Part shown: piece by piece, positions 30,201-39,443 of the stretch
How positions within the stretch are numbered: position 1 is the stretch's first letter
How the letters are laid out: each line of letters opens with the position of its first letter
From: an uncultured virus (IMG/VR IMGVR_UViG_3300027704_000010)
Lineage: Duplodnaviria; Heunggongvirae; Uroviricota; Caudoviricetes
Strand: one strand, 5' to 3'
Virus record (IMG/VR): IMGVR_UViG_3300027704_000010
Length of the DNA stretch: 63,885 nt
The notes under the pieces: generated by a model
The model's input: the letters and a program-made list of their open reading frames with translations, nothing else
The model's database searches: none
What the model was told of the DNA's origin: nothing
Position numbers and translations under genes: made by a program

Positions 30201-32528
30201 GCATTGACAACAACTAATGTTGCAGAAGGTTCAAATTTATACTTTACAGATGAAAGAGTAGATGACAGAGTTAGTTCTTTACTAGTTGGCGGAGCAAACG
30301 TAACTTTAACTTACAATGATGCCGCAGGCACATTAACAGTTGATGCAGATTTACTTGGCGATATTACAAGTGTAGTAGCTGGAGCAGGTATGACCGGCGG
30401 AGCAACTACAGGTGATGCAACACTAAACGTTATAGGCGGAAATGGTATTACTGTTTCAGCTGATGCAGTAATAACAGACGATACTTACATAAAAAACTTA
30501 TTCAATGCATCTGGTTCTCAATTAAGTTACACTAACGGTATATTTACAAGTACCGCAGATAATTATAATGCTTGGAGTTTTACAACAGATACAGCAGGCA
30601 ACCAAGCAGTTAGTAGCGCCGGCTTAGTTAGTATACTAGGCGGAACAAACATGGATGTTACCCATAGTGGTAGCACAATTACAATTTCAACACTTGCAGA
30701 TATAACAGGTATAATTGCTGGCTCAGGTATGACCGGAGGCGGAACAACTGGTTCTCCTACACTAAACGTTATAGGTGGAAAAGGCATTACTGCTAGTGCA
30801 AATGAAATTGCATTAGACTTTACAGATTTTAATACAAGCAATATTACAGAAACTACAAACTTATATTACACAGATGCGAGAGCAGATGCAAGAATTACAG
30901 CATCAAGTACAAGTGCTTTAAGTGAAGGAACAAATTTATATTACACAAATGCTAGAGCAGATGCAAGAATTACAAATGCACTTATAGATGAAGATACTAT
31001 GGTAACTAATAGTGCTACTAAATTACCTTCACAGCAATCTGTTAAATCATACGTTGACACGAAAGTGGCGTCTATCATTGGCGGATCGTTAGATTTAAGT
31101 AGCAAAGATACAGATGATTTAAGCGAAGGTAGTTCAAATTTATATTATACAAATGCTAGAGCAGACGCTAGAGTAGACGCAGGTTTTACTGCTAAGTCCA
31201 CAACAAATTTAAGCGAAGGCACAAACTTATATTACACAGATGCGAGAGCAGATGCTAGAATTACAGCATCAAGTACAAGTGCTTTAAGTGAAGGCACTAA
31301 CTTGTATTACACAAATGCAAGAGCAGATGCTAGAATTACAAATGCATTAGTTGACGAAGATAATATGGCATCAAATAGTGCTACTAAACTTCCAAGTCAG
31401 CAAAGTGTTAAAGCATACGTTGATTCACAGGTAGCAAGTAAAGATAATACAGACGAAATAACAGAAGGTTCGACTAATTTATACTTTACAAATGCAAGAG
31501 CAGACGCTAGAATAACAGCGGCTAGTACAAGTGATTTATCAGAAGGCACGAACCTTTACTTTACAAATGCTAGAGCAGACACAAGAGCAAATAGTGCTTT
31601 TGATACTAAATTTGCGGCACAAACCACAACTGGTTTATCAGAAGGAACAAATTTATATTACACGAATGCAAGAGCAGATGCAAGAATTACTAACGCATTA
31701 GTTGACGAAGATAATATGGCATCAAATAGTGCTACTAAACTTCCAAGTCAGCAATCAGTAAAAGCATACGTTGATTCACAAGTAGCAAGTAAAGATAATA
31801 CAGACGAAATAACAGAAGGTTCAACTAACTTATACTTTACAAATGCTAGAGCTGATGCAAGAATTACAGCGGCTAGTACAAGTGATTTATCAGAAGGAAC
31901 AAATTTATATTACACGAATGCAAGAGCAGATGCAAGAATTACCAAAGCGGCAATTGATGCTCTTAATGTAGATGCAGATACATTAGATAGTATTAGTAGT
32001 GCAAGTTTCTTAAGAAGCGATGCGGCAGATACGCATAGTGCCGACATTACCCCTAGCACAAACAATACAATTAACTTAGGTTCTGCTTCTAATAAGTATG
32101 CAAATGTTTATGCAACGACATTTAATGGTGTTGCAACCACAGCCCAGTATGCGGATTTGGCAGAAAACTATCTAGCAGATGCAGACTATCCACCAGGCAC
32201 AGTATTAGTACTAGGCGGAGAACAAGAAGTAACAGTGACAACTGAATTCAATAATTCTAAAGTAGCAGGTGTTGTAAGTACAGACCCAGCACACTTAATG
32301 AATTCCGCACTTTCCGGGCAATTTGTTAAAGCAGTTGCACTTAGAGGACGAGTTCCTATAAGAGTAGTTGGTATAGTTAGCAAAGGTGATGTGCTAATAA
32401 CTAGTTCTACCCCAGGCGTGGCAATGGTCAGTTCCGATCCACACTTTGTAGGTGCGGCATGCATTATTGGTAAAGCAATATCCAATAAAGAACATGCTGG
32501 CGAAGGCATTGTAGAAGTACTAGTTTAA
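27264..32528 (+). CDS. long virion fibre protein with C-terminal autoproteolytic chaperone-like domain
   Basis: Thr/Gly-rich; DATTKAYVD, VDAQGR and EGTNLYYTNARA repeats; YADLAENY C-terminal module; GATAAATA at 27215. Confidence 0.8.
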   Translation: MTKQSNFNPESDLKVKGSLSVDTHLAVTGNTVITGTLQVTGDTTYLSDTVTLNNANGYVINADADSGTAFLDMRTNVADANVRLEYAGATNTLLVKNDDGTVTTLGVTGDVTASATITGATFTDGTATITGGVGTGFTSFTSTEFVGHLTGPVTGTATIADKFTNDRTLALTGDVAGSIALGLNATSSAPSMSVTIQANSVALGTDTTGNYVATITGGTGLTSTVVTGESVTPTINLDNTAVTPATYGTAGSTGTFTVDQQGRITSGVTTPIVITASQVSDFTTAAELLLSISDAGGDGSLAYNNTTGVFTYTGPSASEVRAHLTAGTGLTVTNGEFVLDNTAVTGASYGSATAIPTFTVDAQGRLTAAADLNIAVPSSQITDFAESVDDQVNTLLVAGTNLTKVYDDAANTLTLDTGSTVILTTGNQSLAGTKTFTGSVDLTGATTTVATPSADAHVSTKKYVDDEIATIVGTAGATLDTLGEIATALGNDAALNTTLVNSIATKLPLAGGTMSGAIAMSTNKITGLGTPSATTDATTKAYVDTANTQMEAYVLLKQSIERGHTNTTTALKVNRAIRVDSPSMNWKNLSDASYTANNNINLETEVDGLDGGTPGVSFTPVLSGTEHGLITIGKQGGITQQIQGNKVISGSLRIAPGIDVNNAANVDNQGSGVLTINGNVVNSSTTLVTAGSFVVGNKYTIAVVGTTNYTLVGAANNTVGTVFIATGVGAGTGRATHHNNQWLTNVNHSFFKHTIAVGESALSILGGNIYYSTKSSEITPYLVSDTSGAGSISTASGIDTTKKLGVDQAHFQTFGNSTMYIGDIGNVATYTTVQYGGSSYTTGNRPLERLTIDGGIVLGARQADDSILVNGTVFFDNDRLKTVEGGIIKNVTTATVDTVNYTTGTGRIAINDYQGGENYLAALAQGTDISITKVSNVAANVITISSNTSSIVNTAKSSLSATGANISYDGAGAFTSTVGALTTTNVAEGSNLYFTDERVDDRVSSLLVGGANVTLTYNDAAGTLTVDADLLGDITSVVAGAGMTGGATTGDATLNVIGGNGITVSADAVITDDTYIKNLFNASGSQLSYTNGIFTSTADNYNAWSFTTDTAGNQAVSSAGLVSILGGTNMDVTHSGSTITISTLADITGIIAGSGMTGGGTTGSPTLNVIGGKGITASANEIALDFTDFNTSNITETTNLYYTDARADARITASSTSALSEGTNLYYTNARADARITNALIDEDTMVTNSATKLPSQQSVKSYVDTKVASIIGGSLDLSSKDTDDLSEGSSNLYYTNARADARVDAGFTAKSTTNLSEGTNLYYTDARADARITASSTSALSEGTNLYYTNARADARITNALVDEDNMASNSATKLPSQQSVKAYVDSQVASKDNTDEITEGSTNLYFTNARADARITAASTSDLSEGTNLYFTNARADTRANSAFDTKFAAQTTTGLSEGTNLYYTNARADARITNALVDEDNMASNSATKLPSQQSVKAYVDSQVASKDNTDEITEGSTNLYFTNARADARITAASTSDLSEGTNLYYTNARADARITKAAIDALNVDADTLDSISSASFLRSDAADTHSADITPSTNNTINLGSASNKYANVYATTFNGVATTAQYADLAENYLADADYPPGTVLVLGGEQEVTVTTEFNNSKVAGVVSTDPAHLMNSALSGQFVKAVALRGRVPIRVVGIVSKGDVLITSSTPGVAMVSSDPHFVGAACIIGKAISNKEHAGEGIVEVLV
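30830..31945 (+). repeat. tandem LSEGTNLYYTNARADARI repeats including a ~300-bp near-identical duplication at 351-nt offset
   Basis: GTTGACGAAGATAATATGGCATCAAATAGTGC at 31350 and 31701. Confidence 0.85.
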
Positions 32529-32646
32529 TAACTCGTAAACCAGTCCAAACTCCAACAAAACGATAAATATGTGCAATAGGGAAAACCTTATTGACTGACT
32601 ACGCGAGTCAGACTATATAACATATAGACAACATAGGAATAATAAA

Positions 32647-35600
32647 ATGGCCACAGCAATTCAATGGAGACGAGGCACCACTACCCAACACAGTAGCTTT
32701 ACTGGTTTGGCAGGTGAGATCACAGTCGATACAGATTTAAACACCGTTATAGTCCACGACGGAAGTACAGCAGGCGGACACAGAATAGCAAAATATACAG
32801 AAGTAACATCAGCGGCGGCAGGCGACATTAGTTCGGTTGTAGCTGGAGCAGGTTTAACTGGTGGAGCAACTACTGGTGATGCAACAATTAATGTTATTGC
32901 TGGAGGCGGTATTACTGTTTCAGCTGATGCAGTATCACTTAATGCTTCTTCAGGAACATTTACAACAGGTGTGCAAACATTCTTAGCAGGTGGAACACTT
33001 GCAGGACACATTATACCATCAGCAGACGTTACTTACGATTTAGGTTCAAGCAGTAAGCAATGGCGTGATGTATATGTTGGTCCAGGATCACTTTACATTA
33101 ACGGACAACAAGTACTTCAAGACAATTCAGGTACAATCCAAATTAGTGCTGATGCAAACCAAAACGTTGGAATAGTAACATCAGGATCAGGTGACGTAGA
33201 ACTTAACGCATCTGGAACAGGTGTAATTAATATCCAATCAGCAATTACAGTTGATGCAGGACAAACACTTACTGGTACTGGCGGCTTAACAATGGCTTCC
33301 AACATTAACTTAAACAGTAATTCAGTTAACAACTTACCAGCTCCTGGACATGCAGGTGACGCCACTAACAAAACATACGTTGATGGTGCAACTTACTTAA
33401 CAGGTGGAACTGGTATTACAAATAGTTCAGGAACCTTTGCAATTGATGCCACAGTAATTACAACTACTGGCACTCAAACAATCTCAGGCAACAAGACGTT
33501 CTCAGGAACAACTACCGTAAGCGGTACTTTGAACTCCTCAGGCGCTCAATTAAATATTGCTGATAACCTTATAACATTAAATTCAGACGCAACTGGCACT
33601 CCAAGTGAAGATGTTGGTCTTATTGTTGAAAGGGGCGATTCAACTAACGTTCAGTTCAAATGGATTGAAGCGGCAGATGAGTGGTCATTCACAAATGACG
33701 GTTCAGCTTACCAAGGTCTTGTTGGACATGCAGACTTTAGTGCTGTTACTAGCGGAGACGGAAGTCTTTCATATAACAGTTCAACAGGTGCGTATACATA
33801 TACTGGCCCAACTGCGGCAAACGTTAGAGCACATTTAAGTGCTGGAACAGGCATGTCATTTAGTGGTGGAGCATTCGCTACAACAATTACACAGTATACT
33901 GATGCACTAGCTAAAGCATCTATTACTGTTAATGATGCAGGCGGAGACGGAAGTTTAGCAATTAGCAACGGTGTAATTACTTATACTGGACCTAGTGCGG
34001 CTGAAGCCGAAGCACAAATTAATGCACATTTAAGTGGTGGAACAGGTATTACTTATACAGACGGTGCTATTAGTGTAGATGCTACAGTAGTATCAACAAG
34101 TGGTACTCAAACTGTTGCAGGTGCTAAGACATTCAGTGATAACATGATTATCAGTGGTAACTTAACAGTTAACGGTACACAGACTATTGTTAATACTGAA
34201 ACATTAACTATTGATGATAACATGATTGTTCTTAACAATAATGAAGCTGGCACTCCAAGTGAAGATTCAGGTATTGAAATAGAACGTGGAACATCAACTA
34301 ACGTTAAACTACAGTGGAAAGAAGCTAGTGACAGATGGGAAATGTTTGATGGTTCAAGCACTTATCCACTTGCTAGAACTACAGCAGATTTAACAGAATC
34401 AGGTAACTTATACTACACAGATGCTAGAGCAAATGCTCGAGTGGCGGCGGCAACCGGTGCTAACTTAGATTTAAGTAGCAAAGATACTGGTGACTTATCA
34501 GAATCAGGTAACTTATACTATACAGATGCTAGAGCAGATGCCAGAATAGCGGCGGCTGACACTGGTGATTTATCAGAAGGTAGCAACGAATACTTTACTA
34601 CTGCTAGAGCAAGAGCAAGTATTAGTGAAGGATCAACTGAATTAGCATATAACAGTACAACTGGTGTGTTAACATTTACACAGGGTAGTACTTCAGGTGT
34701 ATCAGAAGGTTCCAACCTTTACTACACAGATGCTAGAGCAGATGCAAGAATTGCCAACGCAAGTACAAGTAATTTAAGTGAAGGCACAAACCTTTACCAC
34801 ACAACTGAAAGAGTACAAGATATTGCAGGCGCAATGTTTACTGCAAATACAGAAAGTGGAATTACAGTAACATATGATGATGCTGACGGTACAATTGACT
34901 TAACAACAAGTATTGCAGGATTTAGTACAAGTAATTTAAGCGAAGGTTCAAACCTTTACCACACAACTGCAAGAGCTAGAGCAAGTATTAACGGTGGAAC
35001 AGGTATTACTTATAATGCTTCTACTGGTGCTATTAGTTTAACAGACACTGGTTATGTAACAGGTGTTACAGCAGGAACTGGTTTAAGTGGAGGCGGTACT
35101 TCAGGCACTGTTACACTAAACGTTTCAGGCATCACAGTTGCAGAACTAGACGGCGGAGCAGTTCAGATAAGTTCAGAATCATTTGCTGATAATAATACTA
35201 CGTTGATGACATCAGCGGCAATTCAAGATAAAATTGAAGCATATGGATATTCAACAACAACAGGTGACATTACAGGTGTTACAGCAGGTGCAGGTTTAAC
35301 TGGTGGCGCAACAAGCGGATCAGCTGACTTGGCTATTGGCGCAGGTACTGGTATTACTGTAAATGCAAATGATATTGCAGTTACATTAACACCATTTAGT
35401 ACAAGTAATTTAAGTGAAGGCACAAACCTTTACTATACAAGTGCTAGAGCAGATGCTAGAGTTAGTGCAGTAGTAACCAATGCGTTTGTTGATGCATTGA
35501 ATGTTGATGCTGATACACTAGATGACTTAACTAGTTCTCAGTTCTTAAGAAGCGATGCTAATGATTCACACAGTGGAACAATTACTCCTTCTTCAAACAA

Positions 35601-36048
35601 TGCATTAAACTTAGGATCAAGTGGACTTAAATATGCAAATGTTTACGCAACTACATTCCAAGGTAATGCAACTTCGGCGCAGTATGCGGATTTGGCTGAG
35701 AAATACGAAAGTGATGCAGAACTAGAAGCAGGCACAGTTGTTATGTTTGGTGGTGATAAAGAAGTTACAGCATGTGATAGTGAAAACTGTCATGCAGTAG
35801 CAGGTGTTATCAGTACTGATCCAGCTTATATGATGAACGCAGGAGCAGAAGGTCAATTTGTAGCATTAACAGGAAGAGTACCTACTAAGGTTACTGGTCC
35901 AGTTGCTAAAGGTGACTTAATGGTTTCCGCAGGTAACGGTATGGCTAAGGCTAATAACGATGCACAGGCAGGAAGAATGATTGGTAAAGCAGTTGGTTCT
36001 TCAGAAGGCGGAGAAGCTGTTATAGAAGTACTTGTTAACTTGATGTAA
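32647..36048 (+). CDS. virion fibre protein (Mtd-N/hyaluronidase-like N-terminus)
   Basis: IQWRRGTT..HSSFTGLAGEITVDTD N-terminus, same repeat family and YADLAEKY C-terminal module as the previous gene; GATAAATA at 32562. Confidence 0.8.
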   Translation: MATAIQWRRGTTTQHSSFTGLAGEITVDTDLNTVIVHDGSTAGGHRIAKYTEVTSAAAGDISSVVAGAGLTGGATTGDATINVIAGGGITVSADAVSLNASSGTFTTGVQTFLAGGTLAGHIIPSADVTYDLGSSSKQWRDVYVGPGSLYINGQQVLQDNSGTIQISADANQNVGIVTSGSGDVELNASGTGVINIQSAITVDAGQTLTGTGGLTMASNINLNSNSVNNLPAPGHAGDATNKTYVDGATYLTGGTGITNSSGTFAIDATVITTTGTQTISGNKTFSGTTTVSGTLNSSGAQLNIADNLITLNSDATGTPSEDVGLIVERGDSTNVQFKWIEAADEWSFTNDGSAYQGLVGHADFSAVTSGDGSLSYNSSTGAYTYTGPTAANVRAHLSAGTGMSFSGGAFATTITQYTDALAKASITVNDAGGDGSLAISNGVITYTGPSAAEAEAQINAHLSGGTGITYTDGAISVDATVVSTSGTQTVAGAKTFSDNMIISGNLTVNGTQTIVNTETLTIDDNMIVLNNNEAGTPSEDSGIEIERGTSTNVKLQWKEASDRWEMFDGSSTYPLARTTADLTESGNLYYTDARANARVAAATGANLDLSSKDTGDLSESGNLYYTDARADARIAAADTGDLSEGSNEYFTTARARASISEGSTELAYNSTTGVLTFTQGSTSGVSEGSNLYYTDARADARIANASTSNLSEGTNLYHTTERVQDIAGAMFTANTESGITVTYDDADGTIDLTTSIAGFSTSNLSEGSNLYHTTARARASINGGTGITYNASTGAISLTDTGYVTGVTAGTGLSGGGTSGTVTLNVSGITVAELDGGAVQISSESFADNNTTLMTSAAIQDKIEAYGYSTTTGDITGVTAGAGLTGGATSGSADLAIGAGTGITVNANDIAVTLTPFSTSNLSEGTNLYYTSARADARVSAVVTNAFVDALNVDADTLDDLTSSQFLRSDANDSHSGTITPSSNNALNLGSSGLKYANVYATTFQGNATSAQYADLAEKYESDAELEAGTVVMFGGDKEVTACDSENCHAVAGVISTDPAYMMNAGAEGQFVALTGRVPTKVTGPVAKGDLMVSAGNGMAKANNDAQAGRMIGKAVGSSEGGEAVIEVLVNLM

Positions 36049-36063
36049 GAGTTTACAAACAAT

Positions 36064-36094
36064 AAAAAAGGGAGTTTTTTAACTCCCTTTTTTT
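36064..36094. terminator. bidirectional terminator
   Basis: AAAAAAGGGAGTT-TTTT-AACTCCCTTTTTTT. Confidence 0.85.
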
Positions 36095-36098
36095 GTGA

Positions 36099-36233
36099 TT
36101 AAAGCTTCTGACTTTGATTCATGACATGCCAGATATTTCCTGACTTCATGTATTTGTCAAATTCTTTAGAAAGATTGGTAACCGATGTTCCGAACTTGGA
36201 TAACATGGCTACTATTCCTGTTGGATTCGCCAT
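36099..36233 (-). CDS. 44-aa hypothetical protein
   Basis: AGGAG RBS; MANPTGIVAMLSKFGTSVTNLSKEFDKYMKSGNIWHVMNQSQKL; ends at the terminator. Confidence 0.65.
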   Translation of the reverse strand: MANPTGIVAMLSKFGTSVTNLSKEFDKYMKSGNIWHVMNQSQKL

Positions 36234-36300
36234 ACTTTTCTCCTAAAATGTGATAACAAACTTTAACTTACTTGTCGTAACTTCATCCTATAGTAGGAAC

Positions 36301-36341
36301 TGTTACAATCAATCTACAAGTATGTTACAATTGTGTTACAG
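36301..36341 (-). promoter_or_regulatory. four 11-bp-phased TGTAAC-type repeats (PhoB/OmpR-family-like operator)
   Basis: GTTACA/TCTACA ending at 36307, 36318, 36329 and 36340 on the + strand. Confidence 0.5.
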
Positions 36342-36423
36342 AATGTATTTATACAAACGAGTATTTTTACCAGGAAATATGTGATATTGCATAACAGTTG
36401 TTACATAGAAACTAAACCCAAAC

Positions 36424-36431
36424 GATAAATA
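36424..36431 (+). promoter_or_regulatory. late promoter box heading the curli operon
   Basis: GATAAATA; further boxes at 42085, 42629 and (GC)TAAATA at 47849. Confidence 0.55.
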
Positions 36432-36493
36432 GTAACGAGTAGACAGTAACACACACACTTAAAGTAGCAACCCTTAAAAGGTGTGTATATAAT

Positions 36494-36790
36494 ATGGAAG
36501 AAATATTTGGATTGATCGCTGAAGTAGGAGCCCCCATCGCCGGAAGTCTAGTAATGGGATTCTTTATCTTTATGGTAATAAAACAAATTCTCGAGGGTGT
36601 TGTAGACCAGGTCAAAACTTTGACTATGTTTTGCACATCACTAGAAGCGAGAGCAAGTACTATGAGTAACGAAATGTTAAAAATAGACTTGCTAGTTAGC
36701 AGTGCCTTAGACCTCAGACCTGACATAGATCGAGTTTCGAGAGCAGATAATTTTGTCGAAGATGGCAAAGTGGATGCTAGGAGAGACTAA
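36494..36790 (+). CDS. small membrane protein (single TM plus coiled coil)
   Basis: N-terminal TM GAPIAGSLVMGFFIFMVIK. Confidence 0.7.
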   Translation: MEEIFGLIAEVGAPIAGSLVMGFFIFMVIKQILEGVVDQVKTLTMFCTSLEARASTMSNEMLKIDLLVSSALDLRPDIDRVSRADNFVEDGKVDARRD

Positions 36791-37089
36791 TGGATATTGC
36801 ACAGGCGATTAATGACTTTGGATTTCCAATCGTGTTATGCGTTGGACTCGGTTACTTTATATATTATATATGGTGGTTTATTGGAGAAAAGATAGATCCC
36901 GCTCTTGGCGACATGCATATAGCACTAATCAGAGTAATAGATAAAATGCGTAGATTAGACCAAGATTTAATTAGGCTACAACAGAAAGTTGATGTTGTGT
37001 TAGAATACAGAGCTAGACAACAAGTGCTAGACAATGCAGAACAAGAAACTGCATTAAAAACATTAAAACAAAAGCAAACAGGAAAGTAA
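36790..37089 (+). CDS. small membrane protein, paralogue-like to previous
   Basis: GFPIVLCVGLGYFIYYIW TM then coiled coil; coupled start. Confidence 0.7.
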   Translation: MDIAQAINDFGFPIVLCVGLGYFIYYIWWFIGEKIDPALGDMHIALIRVIDKMRRLDQDLIRLQQKVDVVLEYRARQQVLDNAEQETALKTLKQKQTGK

Positions 37090-37090
37090 A

Positions 37091-37606
37091 ATGAAAATTA
37101 CAGGTACACACTTAGGTATGTTGGTTATGGTCGGATATTTTATAATGTCTTTGGCTAATAGTGACCTTTATGCCGATGAACTAAAGTTTAAGTTCAAGTC
37201 TCCGTCATTTTCTGGTAACGGGACAGGAGCACATTATTTAACAATTGAGAACCAGGAGAAGTCACGAAAAGATAAGATTAAAGAAGACATAGAATCTGCG
37301 TTAAAACGAGCAGAACGTGACAATGATAATTCGACAATTAATAAATTTATTAGAAATTTGGAGAGTAGAATTTATTCACAAATTTCTAAAGGATTAGTCG
37401 ACAGCATGTTTTGTGATCCAGCAGTAGTTATTGCATGTACAAATTCAGATTCAGGTAGTTTTGAAATTGAAGGAAATACTGTTACATACATTAAAACAGT
37501 TAATGAAGATGGGCTATCTATTATTAGAATGACTATTGTTGACCCTGACGGAACAATAACAACTATTGAGATTCCAATTGGAATCGGCAACATTGGCGGC
37601 GGTTAA
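37091..37606 (+). CDS. csgF: curli assembly protein CsgF
   Basis: Signal peptide followed by ELKFKFKSPSFSG (CsgF L.(Y/F).F.NPSFGG-type motif), FIRNLESRIYSQIS; directly before csgG. Confidence 0.82.
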   Translation: MKITGTHLGMLVMVGYFIMSLANSDLYADELKFKFKSPSFSGNGTGAHYLTIENQEKSRKDKIKEDIESALKRAERDNDNSTINKFIRNLESRIYSQISKGLVDSMFCDPAVVIACTNSDSGSFEIEGNTVTYIKTVNEDGLSIIRMTIVDPDGTITTIEIPIGIGNIGGG

Positions 37607-38616
37607 TGAAACTGTCTAATTACATACTGTTCTTTGTCGGCGCAATGTACTTAACTGGGTGTGCTAGTATATCTATACCCGGTGATACAGCATGTAATAC
37701 GGACTTTCTCGAATGCGTAGAAGAGCCGAAGCAAGTAGAATTACCCACATATCGAAAATTACGATATTTACCACCTAGCGAAACAATGCCAGTGGTAGCT
37801 GTTTATCAGTTTACTGACCAAACAGGACAAAGAAAAAGTCAAGATGGTGTCGCTAGTTTTAGTACAGCGGTCACACAGGATCCGAAGAGCATATTGATTG
37901 ACGCCTTGAAGGCGGCAGGTGCTCACGAAAACCCAAAAGGAACATGGTTCCGGGTAGTTGAACGGGGTCTTGGCTTAGATAACTTAGTGAGGGAAAGGCA
38001 GATAGTTCGTAGTACACGCGAACAATATCAGACTGAAGAAAAACCTCAACAAGCAGTACAGCCATTGTTATTTGCTGGTATGATACTCGAAGGAGGTGTT
38101 GTAGGTTATGACACTAATGTAGAGACTGGCGGTAATGGTGCAAGGTACTTAGGTATTGGTACTACAAACCAATATAGAAGAGATAGTGTTACTATATCAC
38201 TTAGAGCAGTAAGTACGCTCACCGGTGAAGTAATACTGAATGTACAGACATACAAAACTATCCTTAGTACAGGAATGGCAGGAGACGTATTCAAATTTTT
38301 AGACATGGATACACGATTGCTTGAATTGGAAAGTGGCATGACACAGAACGAGAGCGTAACTTATGCAGTCCGGTCGGCGATTGAAGCCGCAGTATTGGCA
38401 TTGATACAACAAGGTGATGAAAGAGGATATTGGAAAATTGTGTATCCGGAGAATTGGCAAGAAGAAGTAGATCAGCAAGAACGAGCTTACTGGATGAAAG
38501 TCAATAATCAAGAAATTTTGGATACAAATGTAGACGAGAAGCCTACGTCATCACAGAATACTTTTTGGAAAAAAATATTACTAAAAAGTGAACCCATTAA
38601 TGGAGAAGAAAAATGA
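37606..38616 (+). CDS. csgG: curli secretion channel lipoprotein CsgG
   Basis: Lipobox LTGC; VAVYQFTDQTGQRK, FSTAVTQ, WFRVVER..LDNLVRERQIVR, EGGVVGYDTN, GARYLGIG. Confidence 0.93.
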   Translation: MKLSNYILFFVGAMYLTGCASISIPGDTACNTDFLECVEEPKQVELPTYRKLRYLPPSETMPVVAVYQFTDQTGQRKSQDGVASFSTAVTQDPKSILIDALKAAGAHENPKGTWFRVVERGLGLDNLVRERQIVRSTREQYQTEEKPQQAVQPLLFAGMILEGGVVGYDTNVETGGNGARYLGIGTTNQYRRDSVTISLRAVSTLTGEVILNVQTYKTILSTGMAGDVFKFLDMDTRLLELESGMTQNESVTYAVRSAIEAAVLALIQQGDERGYWKIVYPENWQEEVDQQERAYWMKVNNQEILDTNVDEKPTSSQNTFWKKILLKSEPINGEEK

Positions 38617-39443
38617 AGACAAACGTAATAAAGAAATTTACACTACAAGTCTTCGCTATAGTAAGTGTAATAATAGGAAGTCAGGCTCTAGGTGCAACGG
38701 ATAACGAAGTACTACTAGACCAAGAAGGTGACAACTTAATATTAACAATATTACAAGCTGGTAACAGTAACAGAGTTTCTGGAGTGGCCTCAGGGTCAGG
38801 AGATTTAGTTGTAACTGGTAACAGTTTGATAATTGATATCATACAAGACGGTAACACAAATAAGTTTTTTGGAGACTTAATATTTGATGGATCCGGAAGT
38901 TCAGTAATGGACTTTTATCAATTAGGTGATAGTAACGTCTGGGATTTACAGATCGGTGCTAACTCTAATAGTGCAGATAATACAGACATGCTAGTAGACA
39001 TTCAGGGCGACGGCAACACATTTGATGTTGGCATAGCTCACAGTGCCGCGGCGGAAAGCACTAACTTTGATTTAGATATACTTGGTTCTAGGAACAATTT
39101 TACTGCAAGTTTCAACAATACTACAGCTTGGGCATCAGCATCAGGCAATAACGCTGTTGGCGGAATTAAAAGTACTGGAACTGGCACATCTGCTTTAGCA
39201 GGTATTACAATTGATACTAGTAACGTTGTATGGAATATGGAAATTATAGGAGACGACAACAAATTTGCTACTAAACAAAGTGGTAACGGTGGTCATTCCT
39301 TAACAGTAGTCTTAGACGGCAGTGATGGTGATTTTCAATTCATACAGGACATGACAGCAACATGTAGTCCAACGTGTGAAGGTATAATTAACATAAATCT
39401 AAATAGCGAAAATGCATCAGTTCTTATTAAACAGACTGATTAA
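38613..39443 (+). CDS. curlin-repeat protein (CsgA/CsgB-like)
   Basis: Signal peptide; repeated Q-x-G-x-x-N (QAGNSN, QDGNTN, QLGDSN, QGDGN). Confidence 0.7.
   Translation: MKTNVIKKFTLQVFAIVSVIIGSQALGATDNEVLLDQEGDNLILTILQAGNSNRVSGVASGSGDLVVTGNSLIIDIIQDGNTNKFFGDLIFDGSGSSVMDFYQLGDSNVWDLQIGANSNSADNTDMLVDIQGDGNTFDVGIAHSAAAESTNFDLDILGSRNNFTASFNNTTAWASASGNNAVGGIKSTGTGTSALAGITIDTSNVVWNMEIIGDDNKFATKQSGNGGHSLTVVLDGSDGDFQFIQDMTATCSPTCEGIININLNSENASVLIKQTD

Noticed and set aside
32647..36048. Diversity-generating retroelement (Mtd-like N-terminus)
   Set aside because: No reverse transcriptase or adenine-specific TR/VR pair; repeats differ mostly at synonymous positions
36380..36396. CRP/cAMP-responsive site TGTGA...TAACA
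   Set aside because: Spacer is 7 nt rather than 6 and the right half is imperfect
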